Origin: Phycisphaerae bacterium
Lineage (GTDB): Bacteria; Planctomycetota; Phycisphaerae; UBA1845
DNA: 64,000 bases
NCBI GenBank assembly: GCA_963666835.2
Contig: CAXXGO010000006.1
Coordinates: 1,216,001-1,280,000 of the forward strand
Direction: 5' to 3'
Each line of letters begins with the position of its first letter. Position 1 is the first letter of the stretch. Shown piece by piece: positions 1 to 10,301 of the stretch. The position numbers and the translations under genes were made by a program. The notes under the pieces are model-generated. The model did no database searches. It was not told the origin of the DNA and worked only from the letters and a program-made list of their open reading frames with translations.

Positions 1-381
1 GCAGCGGCCAGTGCTCCGCCACCGCCTCCTCCTCCGCCAACGCCACAGGCTCCTCCTATACCCATTGAGACAAGAGCATTCGAGCTGGCCGACCTGAGCG
101 ATAGCGGCGGCCTCGAAACCAACGCCAAGCGGATCACGATGCTCAACGACGTTGACCTTCGAGTGAAGCTACAGTTGGGGCAGACGCGGATGCTGGTCGA
201 GGAAGTGCTTAAGCTGGGTGAGGGAAGCGTAGTCGAACTCGATAAGCTCGCCGGTGACCCGGTGGATGTGATTATTAATGACCGGTTGATTGCCCGCGGT
301 GAGGTGCTCGTGCTGAACGACAGTTTCTGTGTACGGATCAGCGAAGTACTGGCCAATGATCCCCATCGGGTGACGGCATGA
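1..381 (+). CDS. fliN: Flagellar motor switch protein FliN (5'-partial; frame open from base 1)
   Basis: SpoA/FliN motif LGEGSVVELDKLAGDPVDVIINDRLIARGEVLV; Pro-rich linker upstream in frame; precedes fliOPQR. Confidence 0.92.
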   Translation, partial: AAASAPPPPPPPPTPQAPPIPIETRAFELADLSDSGGLETNAKRITMLNDVDLRVKLQLGQTRMLVEEVLKLGEGSVVELDKLAGDPVDVIINDRLIARGEVLVLNDSFCVRISEVLANDPHRVTA

Positions 382-1181
382 TCGCTCAGGCCGGGGTTGG
401 TGACCGGTGCCGCTGCAGTGCAAACGGCCCGGTGAGATTGCTGACGGTATTGCTGGGTATGACCGCAGCCCTGTCGTTCGCCCAGGCACCGGATGTAGTG
501 CCTGCTGTGCCGAACGACGGTCAGGTGTCATCGAATCAGAGCGTGGCGTTACCGGATGATCCCGGGCCGGCGGTGGAGAGCAATCTACCCGACGAAGCCG
601 TGGCCGCTTCGGCGAATGAAGGTCCCCCGAGCCCGACGTTCTCGCGTCGGCGAGCGGTGGCGCGTCGCCCGATACTGGAGACCGAGGCCGAGGCCGGCGG
701 AGTCGGGCGTTATCAAGGGGCCTCACCCTGGTACCGCACGGGGTTGGGGGCTCTTGGGTTGGTCTTGGCTCTGGTGGCTCTGGTTTACGCTGGGGTTCGG
801 CGATGGGTTCCTTCGGTGCGCTCCGGCGACAGCGGGTTGATGCGGGTTGTCTCCCGCACCAGTTTGACGCCCAAGCAGCATGTGGTTCTGTTGCAGGTCG
901 GACGTCGTCTGGTTTTGGTGGGCGTAGGTTCCGATCAGGTGCGAAACCTTTGCGAAATAACTGATCAGAGCGAGGTGGCGGAATTGACGGCCGGTTTGGG
1001 GACTTGGAATTCGCGCGGCTCTTTCGACGACAAGCTGTTCAGCCAGGTGTCCGAGTATCGTGAGGATTGGGAGGAGGAGGGAGCAGCGGATGACCGCTCT
1101 CGCCCGCGGCGGCAACCGGAAAGAGCCGCACCGTTGAAAGAGCTGCTGCTACGACTGCGGGAGTTGAAGATAAAGGAGTAG
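378..1181 (+). CDS. fliO: Flagellar biosynthesis protein FliO/FliZ-like, extended N-terminus
   Basis: TM helix then RVVSRTSLTPKQHVVLLQVGRRLVLVGV; between fliN and fliP. Confidence 0.82.
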   Translation: MIAQAGVGDRCRCSANGPVRLLTVLLGMTAALSFAQAPDVVPAVPNDGQVSSNQSVALPDDPGPAVESNLPDEAVAASANEGPPSPTFSRRRAVARRPILETEAEAGGVGRYQGASPWYRTGLGALGLVLALVALVYAGVRRWVPSVRSGDSGLMRVVSRTSLTPKQHVVLLQVGRRLVLVGVGSDQVRNLCEITDQSEVAELTAGLGTWNSRGSFDDKLFSQVSEYREDWEEEGAADDRSRPRRQPERAAPLKELLLRLRELKIKE

Positions 1182-1194
1182 GCTCGCGGCAAGG

Positions 1195-2055
1195 ATGCGG
1201 CGGGCTTTTGGCGCGTTGGAGAAGCGCATGATCGTCGAGCATGGAGGCTCGCGCATCGGTCGCGGTCTAGTGGTCGGTGCTCTCGCGTTCGCGATGTTTG
1301 GGGGCGTTGCGCGCGCCCAGACCGCCCCTGCGCCGGCGTTCGACAACTCTCTGCAGGTTCCGGATCTCACCAAGATTCTGCCTCCGGCCGGAGACGCTCA
1401 AGGGGTCTCTGCGACGATGCAGATCTTCGTTCTGCTCACCGTTTTGACTCTGGTTCCGTCGATCCTCATGATGATGACGGCCTTTCCGCGCATCGTCATT
1501 GTTCTGTCACTTCTTCGTCAGGCGATGGGCACTCCGCAGATGCCGCCGGCTCAGGTGATGATCGGGCTGTCGGTGTTTCTGACCATGTTGATCATGGCTC
1601 CGACGTGGAGCCGGATTCAAGCTGAAGCAGTTACTCCGTATTTCGACAACCGGATGGGGCAGGCCGACGCGCTGACGATAACGACCGGCCATCTCAAGGA
1701 CTTCATGCACCGCCAGATCGCCCAAGCCGGGAATGACGAAGACATCTTCCTGTTCCTGGAGTACGGCGATAACCGCCAAGTGGCCCCCGGCGATACGATT
1801 GAAGTCGCCGAAGTTCCGATGACCGTGATGATCCCCGCCTTCATCCTGAGCGAACTGAAAACCGCGTTCATCATGGGGTTTAGGATCTACCTGCCGTTTC
1901 TGGTAATCGACATGGTGATCGCCACGATTCTGATCTCGATGGGTATGATGATGTTGCCGCCGGTGCTTATCTCGTTGCCGTTCAAGATCCTGTTGTTCGT
2001 GCTGGCGGACGGATGGCACCTGATCGTGGAGAATCTGCTTTACAGCTTTGCGTAG
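1195..2055 (+). CDS. fliP: Flagellar export pore protein FliP (start may be 1228)
   Basis: IPAFILSELKTAF, PFLVIDMVIATILISMGMMMLPPVLISLPFKILLFVLADGW. Confidence 0.97.
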   Translation: MRRAFGALEKRMIVEHGGSRIGRGLVVGALAFAMFGGVARAQTAPAPAFDNSLQVPDLTKILPPAGDAQGVSATMQIFVLLTVLTLVPSILMMMTAFPRIVIVLSLLRQAMGTPQMPPAQVMIGLSVFLTMLIMAPTWSRIQAEAVTPYFDNRMGQADALTITTGHLKDFMHRQIAQAGNDEDIFLFLEYGDNRQVAPGDTIEVAEVPMTVMIPAFILSELKTAFIMGFRIYLPFLVIDMVIATILISMGMMMLPPVLISLPFKILLFVLADGWHLIVENLLYSFA

Positions 2056-2082
2056 GCGATAGGGCCCGGATAGGAGGATCTT

Positions 2083-2343
2083 ATGGAGTTTGCTGCCGCG
2101 ATTGAGCTGGGACGAAATGCCTTCTGGATGGCAGTGTCGACGTCCGCTCCGATTCTCGTTATGGGGCTGGTGGTCGGGCTGGCGATCTCCTTGTTTCAAG
2201 CGGTGACCCAACTGCAGGAGCAAACCCTGACGTTCGTCCCGAAGATCGCGGCCATGATCGTCGCCGCGACGATCTTCATTCCGTGGATTGCGAATCGGAT
2301 GGTCGTGTTTACGCAGGAGATGTTCAGCTCGCTGCCTTGGTAA
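2083..2343 (+). CDS. fliQ: Flagellar export protein FliQ
   Basis: GLAISLFQAVTQLQEQTLTFVPK; AGGAG RBS. Confidence 0.97.
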   Translation: MEFAAAIELGRNAFWMAVSTSAPILVMGLVVGLAISLFQAVTQLQEQTLTFVPKIAAMIVAATIFIPWIANRMVVFTQEMFSSLPW

Positions 2344-2375
2344 CTACCGGCGCGGTGAGAGAATAAGGTACTCGG

Positions 2376-3176
2376 ATGCCGTGGTCGTTGTTTGACATAC
2401 TGTTGGCTCTGCCCGCCTATGCTCTGGTTCTGTTTCGCCTGGTGGGTCTGGCTCTGACCGCGCCGGTCTACGGCAGCCAGATGGTTCCCGCCCGGGTCCG
2501 GGTGGCGCTTATTATGGTGATCGCCGCGATGATCTTCCCGCAGGTGGGCGGTCAGGCTCCGGCTGGTCTGACGCTCACGGGGGCGCTTCTGGGAGTGGTC
2601 GCGGAACTGATGATCGGTCTGACCATCGGGCTGGCGCTAAGCGTGTTCGTAAGCGGAGTCGAGCTGGCAGGGATGATGGTCGGACGCCAATCCGGCATTG
2701 CGCTCGCCCAGGTGTTCGACCCGGCGCAGAACGCGGAAGTGTCGATCCTCGGCCAACTGTACAGCATAACCCTGATGACGCTCTTTCTGCTGGCCGGAGG
2801 GCATCGCGCTACGATGGCGGCGTTGCTCGATACCTTCGATGTAATGCCGCTGATGTCGTTCCAATTCGGCGAACCGATTGTCGTGTTGATTACGGAGATG
2901 CTGACGTCGGCGTTTATCTTCGGGGTTCGTCTTGCCGGTCCGGCGTTGTTGGCGTTGTTCTTAGCCAGTGCCGGATTGGGTTTTCTCTCGCGAACCATGC
3001 CGCAACTCAACATTCTGTCCGTCGGTTTCACGGTGCGGGCGGTCATCGCTTTGGGAGTTGCCGGGCTGGCCATCGCGGGCAGTGAAGATCTGCTTCTTGA
3101 TGCGGTTTGGGACGCGTTGGAGACGGTACGCGTCGGAATGGGACTTGATCCGGACCCGATAGGATTGACCGGCTGA
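2376..3176 (+). CDS. fliR: Flagellar export protein FliR
   Basis: Polytopic membrane protein, SRTMPQLNILSVGF; gene order. Confidence 0.95.
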   Translation: MPWSLFDILLALPAYALVLFRLVGLALTAPVYGSQMVPARVRVALIMVIAAMIFPQVGGQAPAGLTLTGALLGVVAELMIGLTIGLALSVFVSGVELAGMMVGRQSGIALAQVFDPAQNAEVSILGQLYSITLMTLFLLAGGHRATMAALLDTFDVMPLMSFQFGEPIVVLITEMLTSAFIFGVRLAGPALLALFLASAGLGFLSRTMPQLNILSVGFTVRAVIALGVAGLAIAGSEDLLLDAVWDALETVRVGMGLDPDPIGLTG

Positions 3177-4267
3177 TGCCCGAGGATGTCGGCGATAAGA
3201 CCGAACCACCGACCCCGCGACGTCTCCAGGACGCCCGCCAGCAGGGGCAGGTGGCGCGCAGCCAGGATCTCGCCGCCGCCGTGCTGCTGTTCGTCGGTTT
3301 CCTGGGGTTGGGAGTGCTCGGTCCGAGGCTCTGGGACGCCATGCAGCAGATCCTCCGCGGGGCCTTCACTTCGGAATCACCCACTCAACTTGACGACATG
3401 TGGCCTTTCATGTTGGTGACCGCGAAGGAGGTCATCATGCGACTGGGTCCGCTGCTGTTGGTTATGTTCGCTACGCTCCTGGCCGTGACCTATGCGCAGG
3501 TGGGTTGGCTGTTGACCGCCAAGCCGCTGATCCCCAGTCTCTCGAAGATCAACCCCATCAGCGGGTTCAAGCGGTTGTTCTCCCTTCGCATGCTCATGAT
3601 GGCGGTTACCAACCTGGGCAAACTTCTGGTCGTGACGGTGGTCGGTTACCTGACCATATCGAGCAGTGCCGCGGCAATCATTTACGCCTTCACCCTCGAG
3701 TACGACGACGTGTTTCGCCTGGGGGCCTCCTTGATGTTTACGATGGGGTTGCGGCTGGCCGGGGCGCTGGTCATTTTAGCCCTCTTCGATTTCGCGTGGC
3801 AGAAGTACAAGCACTTGCGCGACTTGCGGATGACCAAGGAGGAAGTGAAGGACGAATACCGGAGCATGGAGGGCGATCCGAGAGTCAAGCAACGTCGCCG
3901 GCAGGTGCAATTCCAGTTGGCGTTACAGCGGTTGAGGAAGGACGTTCCGACTGCTGATGTCATCGTGACCAATCCGACGCATGTGGCCGTGGCAATCCGT
4001 TACGACGCCGAGGTCATGGTTGCTCCTAAGGTTGTAGCCAAGGGGGCCGATCACCTGGCGTTGCGGATTCGTCAGATTGCCGGTGAGTTCGGGATTCCGA
4101 TCGTGCAGCGTGCTCCGCTGGCTCGGGCGATCTACGCCGATGTTGAGGTCGGCCAGTTCCTGCCGGAGCGTTTCTATCAGGCGGTTGCCGAGATCCTGGC
4201 CTACGTTTATGGGCTGGCTGGGCGATCAGTGACGGGACCAAGACGCAATGTTGCCCCGGCCTATTAA
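3176..4267 (+). CDS. flhB: Flagellar export switch protein FlhB
   Basis: KTEPPTPRRL N-terminus, MTKEEVKDE..EGDP, NPTH autocleavage motif. Confidence 0.97.
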   Translation: MPEDVGDKTEPPTPRRLQDARQQGQVARSQDLAAAVLLFVGFLGLGVLGPRLWDAMQQILRGAFTSESPTQLDDMWPFMLVTAKEVIMRLGPLLLVMFATLLAVTYAQVGWLLTAKPLIPSLSKINPISGFKRLFSLRMLMMAVTNLGKLLVVTVVGYLTISSSAAAIIYAFTLEYDDVFRLGASLMFTMGLRLAGALVILALFDFAWQKYKHLRDLRMTKEEVKDEYRSMEGDPRVKQRRRQVQFQLALQRLRKDVPTADVIVTNPTHVAVAIRYDAEVMVAPKVVAKGADHLALRIRQIAGEFGIPIVQRAPLARAIYADVEVGQFLPERFYQAVAEILAYVYGLAGRSVTGPRRNVAPAY

Positions 4268-4291
4268 GGAGAGTCTGTCGACTAACAGCTC

Positions 4292-6370
4292 ATGGCGTTG
4301 AATAGCGTGGCCAAGCAGTGGATTCCGCGGAACTTCGCCAAGCTTCAGGGCGGATTGCTGCCGGTCTGCGCGCTGTCGCTGATTCTGGTCATTCTGATTC
4401 CGCTGCCGACCTCCCTGATGGACCTGCTCCTGCTGATCAACATCTCGCTATCCGGGGTGATCCTGTTGACCGTAATGTACATGAACGGTCCTTTGGAGTT
4501 TTCCTCGTTTCCGTCGCTGCTCCTGGGAATGACCTTGCTGCGGTTGGTGCTCAATACTGCTACTACCCGGTTGATCCTCACCAAGGGTGATGCGGGCACG
4601 GTGATTTTCACGTTCGGAGATTTCGTGGCCCGAGGATCGCTCGCCGTCGCGGTGATTATTTTCGCGATCATTGTGATCATCCAGTTCGTGGTTATTACGA
4701 AAGGGGCGACGCGAATCGCGGAAGTGGCCGCTCGCTTCACGTTGGACGGCATGCCCGGTAAGCAGATGGCCATCGACGCGGATCTCAACGCCGGCGCCAT
4801 TACAGATGAAGAAGCTAAGCAGCGGCGGTCCGACATTTCGCGGGAGGCGGATTTCTACGGGGCTATGGATGGTGCCAGCAAGTTCGTACGCGGTGATGCG
4901 ATCGCCGGGATCATCATAACGCTTATCAACATCCTCGGGGGTATCTTCGTAGGTTTGGTCGAACTGGACCTGCCGCTCGCCGAGACCCTGCGTCGGTTCA
5001 CGATTCTAACGATCGGCGATGGATTGGTCTCGCAGATCCCCGCTTTCATCGTGTCGATCTCCGCCGCGATGATTGTGACGCGGTCCGCCGCGAAGCGGAA
5101 TCTGGGTGAGGAGATCCTGGGCCAACTGGTTAGCCAGCCGATTGCGCTGATTCTGACCGGAGGGTTCCTTTTGGTTCTGGCGTTGACCCCGTTGCCGAAA
5201 CCGCCGCTGTTGCTGTTGACAGCCTCGGCCGGGGTTATGGGCCTGGTCCTCACCAACCGGAAGAAGGTTGCCCTTGCGCAGAGTGTAGCCGCCAAGGCTA
5301 AGCCGACGGGACCTGAGCGGGTTGAGAAGCACTTAGCCCCCGACCCTATGGAACTGGATGTCGGTTACGGACTCATCAAACTGGTTGACCGCAAGCAGGG
5401 CGGAGACCTTCTCGATCGTATCGCCAATCTCCGGCGGCAGATTGCCCAGGAGCTCGGGATCGTAGTCCCGCCGATTCGCATTCGCGATGATATCCAACTA
5501 CAGCCGAACCAGTTCCGGGTCAAGGTCAAGGGACTGGAGTTTGGCACCGGAGAGGTCATGCCGGGGCACGTATTAGCGATCGATGCGGGGAGCGTTACGG
5601 AACCGATCAGCGGGATGGAGACCACCGAGCCGACGTTCGGTTTGCCGGCGTTGTGGATCCCCGAGGATCAGCGGCATGAGGCCGAGCACCGCAACTACAC
5701 CGTCGTAGAGCCATCAAGCGTTGTTAATACCTACCTGACCGAGCTGATTAAACGCCATGCGGATGAGTTGCTTACCAGAAGCGAGGTTAACCGCCTGCTG
5801 GACCACCTCCGCGAGCGTTCGAGTAAGCTGGTCGAGGAGACGGTTCCCGAGGTAGTCAAGCCGGGTGAACTGCAGCGTGTTCTGCAGAGTCTGCTCCGTG
5901 AGCGGGTGCCGATTCGGGATCTGGAGGCCATTCTGGAGGTGGTCGGAGACTGGGCGTCTCGTACGAAGGACACGGAGATCCTCACCGAGTACGCCCGCAA
6001 CGCCCTGGCCCGCACTCTGTGTCACCAGCACAAGGCGGATGACGGGAGGATTCATTGTATCACGCTGGATCCTTCGATTGAGGAACTTATCAGCAAAAGC
6101 CTGCAACGCTCGGAGCATGGGTCCGTCCTGGCCATGCCCGGGGAGCTGCAGACCAAGATCGTCAAGGCGATTCGCACGCGGGTGGAGAAGGTCAGTCCCC
6201 AGATGCGCGGGCGACCACCGGCGGTGTTGTGTCCGCCGCAGATCCGATCGTGGGTCCGCAAGATGATCGAGGTCCAGCTCCCGGCGGTTGCGGTACTGTC
6301 CTACAATGAAGTTGTTCGTGGATTCGAGGTCGAATCGCATGGAATGGTGGTTCTAACGGATGAAGCTTAA
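4292..6370 (+). CDS. flhA: Flagellar export gate protein FlhA
   Basis: FHIPEP signature RIAEVAARFTLDGMPGKQMAIDADL, DFYGAMDGASKFVRGDAIA. Confidence 0.98.
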   Translation: MALNSVAKQWIPRNFAKLQGGLLPVCALSLILVILIPLPTSLMDLLLLINISLSGVILLTVMYMNGPLEFSSFPSLLLGMTLLRLVLNTATTRLILTKGDAGTVIFTFGDFVARGSLAVAVIIFAIIVIIQFVVITKGATRIAEVAARFTLDGMPGKQMAIDADLNAGAITDEEAKQRRSDISREADFYGAMDGASKFVRGDAIAGIIITLINILGGIFVGLVELDLPLAETLRRFTILTIGDGLVSQIPAFIVSISAAMIVTRSAAKRNLGEEILGQLVSQPIALILTGGFLLVLALTPLPKPPLLLLTASAGVMGLVLTNRKKVALAQSVAAKAKPTGPERVEKHLAPDPMELDVGYGLIKLVDRKQGGDLLDRIANLRRQIAQELGIVVPPIRIRDDIQLQPNQFRVKVKGLEFGTGEVMPGHVLAIDAGSVTEPISGMETTEPTFGLPALWIPEDQRHEAEHRNYTVVEPSSVVNTYLTELIKRHADELLTRSEVNRLLDHLRERSSKLVEETVPEVVKPGELQRVLQSLLRERVPIRDLEAILEVVGDWASRTKDTEILTEYARNALARTLCHQHKADDGRIHCITLDPSIEELISKSLQRSEHGSVLAMPGELQTKIVKAIRTRVEKVSPQMRGRPPAVLCPPQIRSWVRKMIEVQLPAVAVLSYNEVVRGFEVESHGMVVLTDEA

Positions 6371-7616
6371 GACGTTTCGTGGAAGAACGATGGCCGAGAC
6401 GCTCGGCCAGGTGAAACGCCAGTTCGGAAGTGGCGCGGTCATACTGAACACCCGTACCCTTACGAAGGGAGGCCTCCTGGGGATCGGGGGTAAATCCTAC
6501 GTCGAGATAACGGCAGTGCGCGAAATGGCGGATTTGCCGATCCCATTGCGGCGCGGTACCCTAAAGGGCCGGTCGGGGGAAACCGGTCGAGCAGATGGAG
6601 CTGCCAAAACCGTGTCGCCTGCGCCTGCTGCCGTGTCTTCGTCACCGTCGGACGACGTTCTCGCCGAGGTGCGAGATCTGAAAGCCGCGGTCGCCAGCCT
6701 GATCGGGGAGACCCGCAGAGCCCAAGCTCCCGACATCCCCGAGGCACTGTACGGTACCTATCAGCGGTTGGTGGAGAACGAAGTCGCCGAGCAACTTGCC
6801 CGCCAATTAGTGGCCCGGGTATACGATGAACTCACTCCGGATCAGTTGCGCAGCGCCCGCGCCGTCCGCAATAAGCTGGCGGCGCTGTTGGAGTCGTTTC
6901 TGCCCGTAGCCGGGCCGATCCGCTGCCCTCGGAGCGATCGGCCTGCCATGATTGCGCTGATTGGGCCCACCGGCGTGGGAAAGACCACCACGATTGCGAA
7001 GCTCGCCGCGAGTTTCTGTCTGCGCGAGCATCGCAAAGTTGGTTTGATCACGGTGGATACCTATCGGATTGCGGCCGTCGAACAGCTTAAGACCTATGCG
7101 GAGATCATCGACGTGCCGCTGGAGGTGGCGGATACGCCCGCGCGGTTCGGAGAGGCAGTAACCCGCTTGGCGGACCGCGAGGTCATTCTGATGGACACGG
7201 CCGGGCGCAGCCAGCGCGATGAAGGCAAAATGGCGGAGCTACGGGAGTTCTTCTCAGTAGCCAAGCCGGACGAGGTGCATCTGGTGCTCTCCAGCGCGTG
7301 CGGGGAGGCCGTGCTGGCCGATACCGTTGAACGGTTTCGCGAGTTTGGGATCGACCGCGTCATACTGACGAAACTTGATGAGGCGATCGGGTTCGGGGTC
7401 ATCCTGACCTGCCTGGAGAAGGCCAACGCGGGGCTGTCCTATGTGACTACCGGGCAGGACGTGCCCGACGACATAGAAGTCGGCGAGACCAGCGCTCTCG
7501 TCGATCTGATTCTCCGAGATCGAGCTTCTTCAGACCAGGTCGTGTGGACGCCTGCGCGGGCCGGTGCCACGACTGCGTCGGGGCGGAGCCTACTGGCCGG
7601 CGGAGCTGCCGGATGA
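6360..7616 (+). CDS. flhF: SRP-family GTPase FlhF
   Basis: GPTGVGKTTTIAKLA, DTYRIAAVEQL, DTAGRS, TKLDE, TGQDVPDDI. Confidence 0.96.
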   Translation: MKLKTFRGRTMAETLGQVKRQFGSGAVILNTRTLTKGGLLGIGGKSYVEITAVREMADLPIPLRRGTLKGRSGETGRADGAAKTVSPAPAAVSSSPSDDVLAEVRDLKAAVASLIGETRRAQAPDIPEALYGTYQRLVENEVAEQLARQLVARVYDELTPDQLRSARAVRNKLAALLESFLPVAGPIRCPRSDRPAMIALIGPTGVGKTTTIAKLAASFCLREHRKVGLITVDTYRIAAVEQLKTYAEIIDVPLEVADTPARFGEAVTRLADREVILMDTAGRSQRDEGKMAELREFFSVAKPDEVHLVLSSACGEAVLADTVERFREFGIDRVILTKLDEAIGFGVILTCLEKANAGLSYVTTGQDVPDDIEVGETSALVDLILRDRASSDQVVWTPARAGATTASGRSLLAGGAAG

Positions 7617-7652
7617 TCGCTCGAGTGGTTGATTGGTGGATAGGTTGCTAGT

Positions 7653-8522
7653 ATGGCTCACACCGGGATCCATCGTCGGGATCAGGCCGCGAGACTCCGG
7701 GAGTTGACCCGCGGGCGGTCCCGGGGCACCGCGATGACCATGGCGGTTACCAGCGGTAAGGGCGGGGTCGGCAAGTCCAACGTGGCCGTGAACCTCTCAA
7801 TCTGCCTGGCGGCACGCGGTCACCGAGTTACGTTGGTCGATGTGGATATGGGCCTCGCCAATGCTGATTTGCTGATGAATTTGCAGACGCGCTACAATCT
7901 TTCGCATGTTGTGTCGGGTTTGCGTGACATTGAGGGGGTTTGCACGGCCGGTCCCGGCGGGGTGCGGTTCGTACCTGGGTCTTCGGGTTTGGACGACTTG
8001 GCCAACCTCTCCGATTTTGAGCGGCGTAACTTGATCGGGCAGCTCCAAGAGCTGGAAAACAGCACTGATATCATGGTTTTGGATTGCGGGGCGGGGATCT
8101 CACGGAACGTGATGGGTTTCGCCCTGGCGGCCGATCGGGTGGCGGTGGTAACTACCTCTGAGCCTACTGCGCTGACTGACGCGTACGTGACGATCAAGTC
8201 GCTGCACCGAGCGGAGTGCCGGGCCGGCGTCGGTTTGTTCGTCAACATGGCCAACAGTCGGGACGAGGCCGTAGCGGTCTATCGACGGCTTTCGGGAGTT
8301 GCATCCAGATTTCTTGATATTTCCATTGCGGACTTCGGATATATGTTGCAAGATACTGCGGTTGAGCTGGCGGTTCAGGAGCGATGCCCGTTTGTTGTTC
8401 GGTATCCGTCCTCGAATGCCAGCGCTTGTATCGCTGCGATGGCGGATAGGCTGGTCAAGAACGACTCGGCCCATACCCGCCGCGGCGGTTTCTTCAAACG
8501 CGTGGTCGGCCTGTTTGCGTAG
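7653..8522 (+). CDS. flhG: MinD/ParA-family ATPase FlhG (FleN)
   Basis: SGKGGVGKSN deviant Walker A, N-terminal DQAARLR activator helix; follows flhF. Confidence 0.92.
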   Translation: MAHTGIHRRDQAARLRELTRGRSRGTAMTMAVTSGKGGVGKSNVAVNLSICLAARGHRVTLVDVDMGLANADLLMNLQTRYNLSHVVSGLRDIEGVCTAGPGGVRFVPGSSGLDDLANLSDFERRNLIGQLQELENSTDIMVLDCGAGISRNVMGFALAADRVAVVTTSEPTALTDAYVTIKSLHRAECRAGVGLFVNMANSRDEAVAVYRRLSGVASRFLDISIADFGYMLQDTAVELAVQERCPFVVRYPSSNASACIAAMADRLVKNDSAHTRRGGFFKRVVGLFA

Positions 8523-8689
8523 GATAAACCGAGTAGCCGGCGACGCGTGGTAATAGGGATCAGCATGGATGCCGGTCCTTAGCCTGCTCGGTTTGGCAAT
8601 GGCCGCGGATGGATCCGTCGCACGTCCATCCTTGTTCATTCCAGAATGACAACCGGTAGGCCTGTTGTTGCGACACGGATGTTGCGCTG

Positions 8690-8998
8690 ATGGTTTCCCG
8701 TTTCGCCGGGGCCAGTTTGGGTTTGTTGGCCTTCGCCATTACGGCAATAGCCGGGTTGTTGGTGCATAACCCGGTCATGGTCGTCCTTTCGCGCAGTATC
8801 CTCGCTTTGGTGGTGTTTTGTGGTATTGGGCTCGTTCTGGGCGCGGCAGCGCAGATCGTGATCAACGAGCATGAGCGGAGTCGAGAGGAAGAGATCCTCA
8901 AGCGGTTCCGCGAAGAACCCAACGAGGCTGATGAGGTTAAGGTCGTTGAGCCGGTCGAGGAGGTTTCCGGGACGGAGAGCACGCCGTCGGCGGCCTGA
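8690..8998 (+). CDS. Hypothetical membrane protein (2 TM, acidic tail)
   Basis: Two hydrophobic segments; co-oriented inside flagellar cluster. Confidence 0.7.
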   Translation: MVSRFAGASLGLLAFAITAIAGLLVHNPVMVVLSRSILALVVFCGIGLVLGAAAQIVINEHERSREEEILKRFREEPNEADEVKVVEPVEEVSGTESTPSAA

Positions 8999-9099
8999 GG
9001 CTCTCTGGGGAACGTTTTGTCTCGGCAGTCAAGGCTTACGTTTAGTGGCGGGCGACAGCTCGTGGGACGGATCTCGCGAACGCATTAGGAGTATGGTTC

Positions 9100-9879
9100 A
9101 TGCAGGTAGCCGTAGCGAAAACGGATGTTGCTGAAACCTGGGGGCGTTTCAAAGCCACCGGGGAGCGGTCGTTACGCAACCTACTCATGGAGAAGTACTT
9201 CCCGATTGTGAAGTACAACGCCGAACGCATCGGGGCCAAGCTCCCGGATGAAGTCGACCGCGACGATCTGGTGTCGGCGGGAGTATTCGGTTTGATAGAT
9301 GCGATTCAGGCCTTCGATCTTGAGCGTGGAGTCAAGTTCGAGACCTACTGCGCGCCGCGTATCCGCGGAGCGATTCTCGATGAACTTCGAAGCATGGATT
9401 GGGTGCCGCGGCTTGTGCGCAGCAGAGCCCACCTACTGGAGCGAGTTTCCCGGGAATTGGAGTCGATGCTCGGACGTCCGCCCACGGAATCAGAGACGGC
9501 CGACCGGATGGGGATCTCCCGGGAGGAGTTCGAGAAGCTGTCGCGGGATGCGACGGCTGTCACGCAGGTGTCATTATCGCGGAAGTACAGCGAGACTGAC
9601 TCGAACAAGGAAGTCTGTGAAATTGACGTGATTCAGGATCGCCGAGGAAAGGACCCGGTTGCCGAGATTCAAAAACGCGACGTTAAGGAATTACTTACCC
9701 GCGGGTTGTCGCGCGCCGAACGCCTGATTCTGATTCTCTATTATTATGAGGAGATGACGATGAAGGAAATCGGCGTTACGCTCGATCTCTCGGAGAGCCG
9801 CGTCTCGCAGATGCACTCGTCCATCCTGGACCGCCTCAAGACCGTACTTAGAAAACGCTGCAAGGAGCTGATCCGCTAA
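9100..9879 (+). CDS. fliA: Flagellar sigma factor FliA/WhiG (sigma-28)
   Basis: KFETYCAPRIRGAILDELRSMDW, MTMKEIGVTLDLSESRVSQMH; AGGAG RBS. Confidence 0.95.
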   Translation: MQVAVAKTDVAETWGRFKATGERSLRNLLMEKYFPIVKYNAERIGAKLPDEVDRDDLVSAGVFGLIDAIQAFDLERGVKFETYCAPRIRGAILDELRSMDWVPRLVRSRAHLLERVSRELESMLGRPPTESETADRMGISREEFEKLSRDATAVTQVSLSRKYSETDSNKEVCEIDVIQDRRGKDPVAEIQKRDVKELLTRGLSRAERLILILYYYEEMTMKEIGVTLDLSESRVSQMHSSILDRLKTVLRKRCKELIR

Positions 9880-9925
9880 TCGGCGCGGTGGGAATCCGGG
9901 TGCGGTACCGTTACGGAGACGTATC

Positions 9926-10246
9926 ATGGCAGAAATCCCATCCGAGATCGCCTCTTCGTCTGCCCAAACCGGATTCCAAGCTCGGGAAGTCGGGATCGGA
10001 CGTGCCGGCCGATTGGCTGCTCAGGCCAGCGCCGCCAACCGCGAGATCAAGTCCATCGATGAATCGGGGACGACGGTCGATACCGATGACGCCGAAACGC
10101 AAGTCTACGCCGATGCCGAGGGTACCGGCAGCCAAGGTCGACCCTTCGAAGAAGAGCAGGGCGAGGAAGGGGAAAGCCCGGCAGAGGCGGACCGCGGAGT
10201 GACCACCGACGACGATGGTCGCCTTCATCTCGACCTGGAAGCCTGA
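9926..10246 (+). CDS. Small acidic hypothetical protein
   Basis: GGAG RBS, acidic composition, C-terminus HLDLEA, followed by a hairpin at ~10258-10280. Confidence 0.7.
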   Translation: MAEIPSEIASSSAQTGFQAREVGIGRAGRLAAQASAANREIKSIDESGTTVDTDDAETQVYADAEGTGSQGRPFEEEQGEEGESPAEADRGVTTDDDGRLHLDLEA

Positions 10247-10301
10247 TCGTCTCAGAACCCGGAGTTTCTTGTGCTCCGGGCTCCAGTGTAGAATGTCCGG
10301 C